In this document: positions 11,133 to 20,372 of the stretch, in pieces | Numbering within the stretch: position 1 is the first letter of the stretch | How the letters are laid out: each line of letters begins with the position of its first letter | DNA from: Penicillus capitatus | Lineage: Eukaryota; Plantae; Chlorophyta | Assembly (NCBI GenBank): GCA_965649825.1 | Contig: OZ287707.1 | Location: 612,292 to 676,291 of the forward strand | Direction: 5' to 3' | Length of the DNA stretch: 64,000 nt | The notes under the pieces: generated by a model | What the model saw: the letters and a program-made list of their open reading frames with translations, nothing else | What the model was told of the DNA's origin: nothing | The model's database searches: none | Position numbers and translations under genes: made by a program

Positions 11133-11799
11133 TGTTGCCGGTGACTGATGGGGATGCGTCGGACATTGCGCGCCGCGTGCGCGCGAACGCGTACAGGCGA
11201 AGCGGAGGAACAAGATTGAGCAAATGCAGATGCTACCGCATGGTGCGGCCTGTCACATAAATACCCCTGGCCCACGCGGACTCCTGTCACGTCAGGAAGC
11301 GGACAGCCTGTCCGGTCTGCGGGGCCAGAACCGTTCTCGCGTACCCGTCAGTGACATTATCCAGAAGGGCCCAGAAAGGGGGGGAGGTAGGTCACAACGC
11401 AACATGAGGAATGACACCATCATAACGTCATGCATGACGCCATCAAAGAGGCCAAATAAAGGGGGTTGTGTAGGTTTTATGTCTTTTGTAAGAAATCTTT
11501 GTTTGGGTTCACCCTGGCTGATAACGGCGCACACAATATTCGACGGGCGACTATCCATTACGCTCCGCTTTACCCCTCGTTTGAAGACCGACTTAACCGC
11601 TTCCGGCAAGGGGAATCTTCGGATCTCCGTCAACGTGGTGCAGAACAAGTCGTTGACAATGCGGAAATCTACGGCTCTCAGCAGAGCTCGGAGGACGCAA
11701 GTGTTGAGTTGGTGGTAGCTTCACCTGAAGACCTGATTTCTCCCGGGCCCCCAGACGCCATCATCGACATGAGACCCACTATCAGAACGTTCGGTGACA
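11133..11799 (+). mobile_element. Type-A solo LTR (A3), 667 bp
   Basis: Ends TGTTGCC...GGTGACA; perfect TSD CTAAC (11128-11132, 11800-11804); intact internal ORF. Confidence 0.88.
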
Positions 11800-11852
11800 C
11801 TAACTGCGTTATACAAGAGGAGGGGCACGCACGCAGCACAGGATTTGACTAA
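11514..11852 (+). CDS. LTR-encoded ORF copy A3 (putative CUG start; reads out of the LTR)
   Basis: TTCACC-CTG-G start; LADNGAHNIRRATIHYAPLYPSFEDRLNRFRQGESSDLRQRGAEQVVDNAEIYGSQQSSEDASVEL...TFGD| crosses the LTR end at 11799 and stops in the flank. Confidence 0.65.
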   Translation: MADNGAHNIRRATIHYAPLYPSFEDRLNRFRQGESSDLRQRGAEQVVDNAEIYGSQQSSEDASVELVVASPEDLISPGPPDAIIDMRPTIRTFGDTNCVIQEEGHARSTGFD

Positions 11853-11998
11853 GGTACGCACGAACAACCGAAGCCGGACCAAAGTGAGGCCGGGCAAGCT
11901 AGTCGATAATGTGGGAGACCTTTAAGAGCTTTGGACGTGACAACGGACAAATGATGAGAAAACGTAGCCAAAGATCAAACCATGCACCAAGGTACTAC

Positions 11999-12300
11999 TG
12001 TCACGATTGTCATCATGATGAAGAGCTGAAGGATGATGGTCCAAGAAATGCCTCATCATCATAAGAGGCACTGATGGCCAACAGCTATTAATGGCCACGT
12101 CAAATCAAACCCAACACTATAAAAGGAAGATTATTGTCACATTAATCATCTTTTGTAAGAAACCCTGTTGCGTCTTCCACAGCCACGTACTTATCCATAT
12201 CAGTACTTAAAGGAAGAGATTCCTTGAGCTGGAAACTGCCCAATGAAAGCAAAGAAGCCTGTTATGGGCCACAAAAACGGGTAAAGCAGGTGTATTGACA
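11999..12300 (+). mobile_element. Additional LTR-like remnant
   Basis: Starts TGTCACG; CTATAAAAGG at 12117-12126 is followed by TTTTGTAAGA and GTCTTCC, as in the A and B LTRs. No TSD found; boundaries approximate. Confidence 0.4.
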
Positions 12301-12476
12301 TTCGGAAGAAGTAAGAAGGAAAAAGTGACTGGAAGCCCAATTCGCGACCAAACAAATGGACTGTTGCATTTCCGCTTGTAAATGATTGTTAGAGAAAGTG
12401 TCACAGGGTTAGCTTCGCTGTCGTATTATCTGGACAGCTGTCCCCCTTCTGGGTCACATCAACACCTAGATACTTA

Positions 12477-13038
12477 TGTCGCCTGGCGATGGGACTAATG
12501 TCTTGTTGTCGTGGGGTTCCACGCGGTGGGGGGACGCTGGTTGAGTCATCTGAGGCGCTTTTCTTTGGTTCTGGCGCTAGGATGACTCACCTGCCTAGGA
12601 AAGTCACATCACCAGAACCGGATAAGAGGTGGAGGACGGCTTGAGTTTTGCCTTTCTGTTGTTCCTTGTAAGACATTCGACTTTGACGTGTGGCCACTCT
12701 GGCAGACGACGACGTTGAGCGAAGCATCACGCGCGCTTACGTGCCTTACGCACCTCTGTACCATACGTTCCAGGAAAGCCTTAACCGGTTTCGACAAGGA
12801 GAACGCTTAGGGCTTCTCCAACGGGGTGCTGAGCGAATTGTTCATAACGTAGGTCTCTACGACACACGAAGGAGCTCTGAAGACGGCGTTGCCGACATTC
12901 CCATATTTCTTGAGGAATTGGTGACCCCTGGTCCTGTCGAGACACATCTAGAAGGAGAGGGTGAGCAAAGCGCCCCATCAAACGACGACGTAGAAGCGCC
13001 TTCTGAAGCAAGAGAGAATCTTCCCCCGAACGGCGACA
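12477..13038 (+). mobile_element. Type-A solo LTR (A4), 562 bp
   Basis: Ends TGTCGCC...GGCGACA; perfect TSD ACTTA (12472-12476, 13039-13043). Confidence 0.9.
12559..12629 (+). promoter_or_regulatory. Shared LTR U3 promoter block (clearest copy)
   Basis: TTTTCTTTGGTTCTG-N9-TGACTCACCTGCCTAGGAAAGTCACATCA followed by a TATA-like GATAAGAGG. Homologous blocks are at ~6452, 6798, 7252, 8115-8167 (-), 8280-8350 (-), 10150 and 13570-13630 (-). Confidence 0.7.
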
Positions 13039-13079
13039 ACTTATACGCGCCCTTGTATGGAACTCTGTCTCGTTTGTAA
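12699..13079 (+). CDS. LTR-encoded ORF copy A4 (putative CUG start; reads out of the LTR)
   Basis: GCCACT-CTG-G start with in-frame TGA at 12684; LADDDVERSITRAYVPYAPLYHTFQESLNRFRQGERLGLLQRGAERIVHN...PNGD| crosses the LTR end at 13038. Confidence 0.65.
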   Translation: MADDDVERSITRAYVPYAPLYHTFQESLNRFRQGERLGLLQRGAERIVHNVGLYDTRRSSEDGVADIPIFLEELVTPGPVETHLEGEGEQSAPSNDDVEAPSEARENLPPNGDNLYAPLYGTLSRL

Positions 13080-13099
13080 TCCATCTCCGTGTTTGTGAC

Positions 13100-13355
13100 A
13101 TCCTACCTCGACGGAAAGAAACACACAGTTTCGTGTTTACGTTTTATGTGCGTTGCTGTGAGATTCGCTCGGAAAGTTGAAGCAGTGCGCGTTCGCGGTT
13201 TGCTGTTTTTTATAGAATAATTGCTTTTACAGCTCCTTTTTGGGAAGATCAGGAGTGCATCTGTATCTAAGTGTAGCTGTGACGGTGCGCCCGCCATCGC
13301 CTCGGGTCTTCTGGCTAAGGACGCTGCCGTCGGGACAACCGTCCCTGTGGCGACA
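13100..13355 (-). mobile_element. Partial LTR-like remnant
   Basis: On the minus strand it starts TGTCGCC and contains GGCGATGG and CTATAAAAA. No matching TSD. Confidence 0.4.
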
Positions 13356-13467
13356 CGCCAGCGGAGGATCACTGGAAAAACGTGACGAGAGGCGTGAGAA
13401 GACACTTACGTAATGATGTGACGTACCTTTCTCTGGGGTACTTAACGCGAGAACTGTTTGCTGTACT

Positions 13468-13739
13468 TGTCGGCGATCGGGCCGGACAAAGATTAACAGC
13501 GGAAGACTTGTTACAGACTGTTTTCAGAGCAAGGTGAAACAGGTGCGGATTGTACCTTCAAATACCCCCGTTGTGACATGACATGCCCAGGCAGGTGACT
13601 CAGCACTGCTCCAGAACCATAGAAAAAGGCCCCTTTCCGGCCCGAAACCTTCACTGACAAGACCCCGAGTGTCCCAGACCAAGGTGCCCCCCCCTCCTCC
13701 ACAAGACAGTCACATCAGCACATCGCCATCTTGCCGACA
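13468..13739 (-). mobile_element. Type-B solo LTR (B5), 272 bp
   Basis: Ends TGTCGGC...GCCGACA; perfect TSD GTACT (13463-13467, 13740-13744); promoter block and AAGTCTTCCG present. Confidence 0.9.
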
Positions 13740-13908
13740 GTACTCGTCCACAGTTATGTAAATAACCATTGCTGACGAGTCCTCTTACGCGGTTCACCAT
13801 CCGGTTCGGACTCGGCCGACAGGTCGACGTTCACAGTAGCAATCAATGTTCGAGAGACAGAGACCGGGAATGACTAACAGGAAAGAGGAAATGAAATGAA
13901 ATAGGCAA

Positions 13909-15296
13909 TCAGGTGTTTCCGCGCGGGGCACTGGAAAGCCGAACGAACGGGCGGATTGGAAGTACCATGTAATCCAGGGTAACAAACGGGGCTTTGTGTT
14001 CTCCAAGAAGTTGCTCGTGAAGTGTCTTCGATATGAAGACTTTCAGGTTCTTACTCGGTGTCCAATCTGGAAGGGGCTGTCGTGAGGTATCGCGTTTCCT
14101 GCGATTCAGTCGGCGCGGGGCGGCGAAGTGCGATTCTTCGAGTTCTGCTGCCGGTATCTTCCAGCGGGCTGCGTTCTGTTCTGCGATGGCTGCTTCTGGG
14201 TCGATGTCCGTGTCGACGTTACTGATGGCTACTGGAATCTTGTCTTTCGTGGGCGACAGGTACGGGTTGTTGACCGTGAAAGTTCCGATGTCGTCGAGCT
14301 CCAGGTCCCATGTGGCACCGGCGCATTCTAGGCAGCGGTCGAGCGATCTCTCGAACTGCTTGACCAGGTCTGTTCGGATTTGCACGTAATATCTGCCGCC
14401 GTGATCAGATCGGATGTCTTCCACATACTCTTTCAGGTTCGTGATCTTCAGCGCCCGTTCTAGGCTGATGCCGAGTGGACGGAATGAAGGACGGTCTCCC
14501 TTCAGGGTCACTGGACAGAGCTGGAAACTGCGTTCGTCGCATCGGATCTGGGCCTTGACCGCTTGGGTTTGCTGCCGGATCGCTCGTGTCTGGGCAGATC
14601 TCTGCACTTGGGTGGGGTTCAGTGGTTGGGATGTCTCCTGGGGCATGGCTTTGCGGGCGCGGCGTCACGGTATGGGCGGGTCGAGGCGCTGGGCACTGGT
14701 GTGTTCTCTTCGGGTGGGGGTGTGAACGGGGCCATGATGCTATGGAACCGAAGGCAGGACTGCATTTCTTCGAGGTGACGGTTGGCTCGATTGTAAGACG
14801 CCTGGTTCTCCTTCGGGATGACGTTGGAGTAGGTCAACAGGTTGCACTGAACTCCTTCGAGGTCTTTGGCAAGGGCTGACAGGAGATCTGATTGAGTAAC
14901 TTTCTCTTGGAAACGAACGATCTGCGAGAGACAGGACACCGGGGAGTTCGAGTCGTAGATGGGCCCTTCGGGAGCCAGCAGAAGCGATTCTCTGGAGCGC
15001 TCGTGTAGGCTAATGAGGCGGAGCTGTTCGGTGTCTCGACGCTCGTGGGCAGTCAGGTATGCTTTGATCTTCTCGACGAGCTGTGCGGAGTCCAGGGTGG
15101 CGGCGACTTGAGTGGAGCAGGCCTTGACAGCGGCGTTGACCAGTATGAGCTCGTCCTTGCTTATAGCCGCGAACACCTCGGAGGACCGGCGCAGGTCGCG
15201 TCGGTACCGAACTGTGTGGGTCGCTTGGGCTACCGCCGTGCGCACGGGGTTGGGGGCGGTGCCAGGGCCTTCGGACGTCGAGCCGGAAGGCTGCAT
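13909..15296 (-). mobile_element. Probable LINE ORF1 (gag-like) remnant, split into two overlapping frames
   Basis: ORFs 14619-15296 and 13909-14646 overlap by 28 nt in different frames. The C-terminal PRRLNRR..TPSKNLKVF..VLPIRPFVR followed by a frameshifted FQC resembles I/Tad-type ORF1 just before a lost Zn knuckle. It is on the same strand as, and upstream of, the ORF2 remnant. Confidence 0.45.
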
Positions 15297-15748
15297 CGTG
15301 CGTTGTTCTCGTGTGCGGACACCGGCGTTCGGCAAGGGAAAGTGGCGGGCAGAACGTAAGTGTCGTACGGAATATCGCGGTTTGCTGTTCGTATGCAGAA
15401 ACGTACAGAACACAGTTACAATCCGGTGATCCAGCGCGTCCGTTTTTATGTTCATTATTTCTAGATTATTATTATGATCGTAGTCCATCTGTCCGAGGAA
15501 AGCTTCGCGTTCTTACAGAGCTAAAGGTAAACATGCGTTCACGTCCATGTATTCATATGCTACAGGTGACATGATACGCCATGTAAGCGCCCCTTCGGAG
15601 ATAGAAGAACCCTTGGATTCCAAGACAGTCACGATGTGACAGTCTTGTCATTCTGACACTATAACAGCGTGCACACATGTTACATAATGAGTCATCATTT
15701 TCACAAATGCCCGATCTGCTCCCATCCCTTCTTGCCCTGCTGTCACTC

Positions 15749-18700
15749 TCAATCATCCCCTCTTGGCCCCTTCTCTCTTCTAGGTCGCTTCCCAGGCCCG
15801 TGAACTACACATAGAAACGATATATGTCGGCGAAATGCAGCATAGCAGTAAAGAAAGCAAGCATACTCTGCCTTGCCCGTCGAATATAAGGTCTGAATTC
15901 TTCAGCCTGTTCGTCCATTATGGTTGTTCTTTGTAGAAGCCTATCATTAGCACCCATGTCTCTCATGTATTTCTCCCAGAACTCCGTATATGCCTGACAC
16001 ACACCAGTCCCGACGAGAATAGAAGATGTCGGTTTACCGTTCGAAATTTTCGAAGATCTTCTCTCCACATGTCTTCGGGACTTCGGGCGCTGATTTCGTG
16101 GACGCACATCTTGAGCTTTTCTGTCTTCTGCCGAAGTTCTTCGATTTTCTCGAATGTCAAATGATCCATCGGCATCTTCAGTAAATAGTTAAATGTTGCT
16201 TTGCGCGTCACGTCTTCTGCTGTTGTCTCGACTTCAAACACGTCATCAACTGCTGTCTCTGTTTGATGCGTTTTCTTATAATCTAGCAGCTGTTTGTCGA
16301 ACTTCATCTGTTCCATGTCTTTGATGACATCCTTTTTCTTCCGATTTGTCAATGCCAGCTTTCCCTCCGCAACTGCTGTGATGAACCGAGCTTCATTCTC
16401 GAGGACATTTATCAACTGTTCGGCATTCTGTACACATACTCTTCCAAAAGCAGCATATAGGAGAGCAACACTTACGGAGACGATGGATGCCTTGCGTTTA
16501 ATGTAATACGCCATTCGAACACGAAAAAATTCAGAAAGAATGTCTGTGACGTTCGCATATCTCTTAATGCGCCCGTCATGACTCAACAACACCATGTTCG
16601 CCGTCGATAGTTTGGTTGTCAGTTTTAGGCTTTCGGCAATCCCTTGCAGTTGTAAACGCTGCATCTGCTCAGAATCCACGTAGATTGTAATGTTGACGCG
16701 TGTATCTGTCGTTCTGTCGAAATAGTCTGGGATAAGTGCTGGCGTATCTGGTCCAGAAGGGACCATAGCTTTCTTTAGGAACTCTTTGTAGTCGTCAGTC
16801 CATTTTCCCAGAGGCAGTTCGGAGATCTCGATAGTTCCTTGCTCTTTGTTCGCTGAATACACCCCAGTCGTTAAGATGGACTCATCCTCAGAATCGATGG
16901 ACTGGATTTTTCCATTGAAGCCCATATACCAGGGCGTCATCTTTCGAGGCTTTTCTCCATCCAGCATTCCTAGTAGATTGTTGACGATACTAAGAGGATT
17001 GTAATTGGGTATGCAGGTACTCCATCCAGTGCCAATGCCTTCGGCGCCGTTTACCAGGACCATGGGAATGATTGGTACATACCACTTCGGTTGAATTGAC
17101 ATGCCATCGTCTAAAAGATACTGCAAAATATCGTCATCTTGTTTAAGAAAGATGGAACGGATCAAAGAACCCTGGGAAGTATACAGGTATCGCGGACTAG
17201 CAGCATCGCTTCCTCCCTAAACAAAATAAACACACAGGCAAATGTTTGTGTTTCTTACCGTCGACATTGCTCACCTGCAACCGTGTTCCAAATTGTCCAC
17301 TGGGTTCCAAAAGGTTGATATTATTAGAGCCGACGTAATTCTGAGCGAGTTTGATGATCGTGGCGCTAAGGCTCTCATCTCCGTGATGATATGCCGCATG
17401 CTGACTAACGTATCCATTGAGTTCGAGTACCTAGATGAACCAATGAACACATGTGTTGGTGGTTTGAGTAAACAGAACCTTCATTTCCGTAGGACCCTTC
17501 TTCAGGATACTGTAAACGATCTTTCTCTGTCCGACTTTTAGCCCGTCCATCAGAGCAGGAATCGATCGATCAATGTCTGTCACAGAGAATAGAATAAGCT
17601 CCTTATTGACAAACTCTGTGTATGTCAGTTGGGATTGATTATGATCGATGAACGTTCCTTCGTGGAAAGATGCCAACCACTCCTTTCGATCGTTTGCGCG
17701 TCCCTTGGAGAAAGCCATGTCAATGGCCTCGTCTGCTTCCCTCCCTGTTATCATGATACAGTCAACAAAAATAGTGGTCTTGTATACTGAATCGGCTAAC
17801 CTTCGTACGCAAACACTCTTGTCTTAGAAGGAAGTGCCTTGAAGATGTTGACGGCATCCTGCCGTGTGAATGCTCCCAATCCCTTGTAATACTTCACCTT
17901 CCACTCTTTGGTTCCCCGTCCAAGGGCTTCCTTCCAGTGCTCATACTCTGGCAGCGTGTAGAAAACCTTCTCCTCTTCTCCCTTTGACGCCTTTTAAAAC
18001 AGGATTCAATTCTTCTTTGGTCAAATAGAAAAATAACACAAATGACCTTTATAATCGGCGTCAGAAAATCCTGGATAAAATTGGAAAGCCGAAGAAGTGA
18101 AGGGTGGTGGTGGTGCAGGAAGTTAATTATCAGTCCTTTGATGTGCGAACCGTCGTAGTCAGGACCAGTCATCATCAAGATACGGTCGTATCTTAGATTT
18201 CTAGTATCTGTATATTCCTAAAAACAATAGATACCGTACAAACAATGCATTAATTTGTTAGACAGTCTTCTATTACTGTGTTATCCCGGAGGCCAATGAT
18301 TTCTTTGAGGTGCTGGATTTCCTTGTTCTTCGAAATCATAGCAATAGTGGCATTTCGCACATTTAAAAGTTTTCCTCTATACGTGTTTTTCGTCTCGTTG
18401 GCAAGAAAACAATGACTTACTTCAGAGGGAAGACCCCGAACTTATCTCTGCCGATGATCCCAATCCCAGCCATTGCTAGGGCTTTTGCTGAATCGCCTTC
18501 AGTAAGAATTAATGTGCGATCTTGCGAGTTTTGAGTACCCGCAAAATTTGCATCGTCAAGTTTTGGAACTGCAAACAACAAACACGTTCGAAGTTTTGTA
18601 CATGAAAGAACTTTGTTTACTTTTAATTCTCGGCGACGCCGTGTCATCAGATTTCTTTAGCGGCTGTGTCGATTGGGTAAAGCTCACCAGCAGATCTTCC

Positions 18701-20109
18701 ACACCACATCGTGCCACCGCGTCGACGAACTCGTCTGAGAGGGCGCATCTTGAACCAAACTTTGCCACTCGGCTTGCCAAGTGTTCCTTTGTCTGACTAT
18801 CGAAGGCCGGATTCTCGATCTTGCAGTTGATGAAAACATGTAGATAGTTCTTGACATGCGGCGCGCGCAGCGTGGTGTCGGTCTTCCTGGCGATCCTTTC
18901 AGCCAAGGCATCGGATACCTGATCAACAATGTGGTTCACATGAGAACCTCCTTTCATCGTGCAGATCGAATTGACAAAACTCATCTGCCACATCATTCCT
19001 TCGATCCACTCCAGATCTATTGTACTGTCCGATTTCACCTGTTGAAATTCTCCGTCCGATCTCGCGACGACAATCTCCCATCGGTCATTAGGCTTGAAGT
19101 GCACTCTGGTAGGAGGTCCTGCTGTCCTCTCCCCCAAGAAAAGATCCACATAGTCTTCGAATGTATGGACGGGGAGCATGAATCCGTTGAAGGAAACGTT
19201 GACATCTTTACCAAATAATCCAGCCATATCGTACGTACGCTTTCTCATGATCGACACAATGTCGTCATCCAAGCGCGTCACACCAAATTTTTGCAAATCA
19301 GGTTGGAAGGAAATGCGGGTCCAACTTCTTGTCGATATGGAAGCTGTGACTTCAGGCACATGTGTGTCACGCATATTGTTCGAGAAGACCTGTCTGTATT
19401 TTCTTCTCCCATCGCTCGTTTCGACTGTAAACTTGGTCGAAAAGATGTTGGCCAGTTTAGCACCGAGTCCATTACAGCCTCCTGTCATCTGCATGCAAAA
19501 AACCATTAGCAGAGATCTGCATGTTGAATAGTTTAATCTGCACAGATTTTACCTTCTTCTCTCTGTCATTGAAGTCAGAACTAGTCAGAAGACTGCCAAA
19601 CATGAGTTCTGGAACGTAGATGTTCTCTTCCTTGTGCATTTCGATGGGCACTCCTGCACCATTATTCCAGATTTCTATAAGATTCTCCTCCTGAGAGAGG
19701 CATTGGCCGATAGACATCGACAATCTGAAAGTAAGAGTTTACCGGGTTGACTTGGACGCGGAGTTCGTTCATCGACGCGTCGCGCACTTTGTTATCAGCG
19801 GCGTTGACCAGAATCTCATCGAAGATTTTGTACAGACCAGGGACAACGCTGACAGCTTTGCACACCATACGTTCACTGTCGTGGACCCATGTTGTGTAAG
19901 ATTGACTCTCCACGCTTCCTAGAAACAGCCTTCGGATCGAAGGCTTTTTCGGAAGACTGGCTTGTACCTATGTACGTGTCTGGTCGTAAGAGGATGTGCT
20001 CTAGATGGGTCTTCTTTTGGAAGACTTCTTCAACAGCGTTCTTGGCCTGCGGCAGAAAGGAAGCTGAGGTTAATATGAGGATATTAAACGGATAGCGAAC
20101 CTGAGACAT
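15749..20109 (-). CDS. TOP2: DNA topoisomerase II, multi-exon, with a very short C-terminal tail
   Basis: QKKTHLEHILLRPDTYIG, FDEILVNAADNK, GGCNGLGAKLANIFS, LILTEGDSAK, GPDYDGSHIKGLIINF, DGLKVGQRK, YHHGDESL, SGQFGTR and ASPRY (catalytic Tyr). ATG at 20109; the last intron (GTATGC...TGTAG) gives a stop at 15749. Confidence 0.97.
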
Positions 20110-20372
20110 CGTTGACAGAAATGGAGCAGCAAAGAACCGTGAACGGACGTGGATGCGAACGAACTGCGAACGAACGGATTCACAGGGGGATGCAATGGAA
20201 TGCAATTACACAAAAATGGAGACTGAATGATGACACATCTATCAACGACGCAGCGGTATTTGTCAAGAAACCAGATATCTCTACAGAGGTCTCGGCGAAA
20301 CCTGAAAGCGAAGAAACTGTTCAGCAGTCAGAAGAGACAAACAAAACGGAGGTTTGAATCACACTTGCATTG

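Larger units (their letters stand above)
10898..11900 (-). mobile_element. Degenerate non-LTR retrotransposon (I/Tad/R1-like) ORF2 fragment, split by LTR A3
   Basis: RLNFGLYKTVLTTAAIGLAGLLPPDL resembles the post-RT motif R-x3-G-x-[YF]-x-T-x2-T-x-A-x4-AG-x2-P-x-DL. Frameshifted LLYNAV..VAWAP lies upstream across the LTR insertion. Confidence 0.5.

Noticed and set aside
6400-13740. Endogenous multipartite ssDNA virus segments, or integron-like cassettes, with shared common regions
   Set aside because: TGT...ACA ends with 5-bp TSDs fit LTR integrase products. I found no Rep ORF and no TAGTATTAC/TAATATTAC origin.
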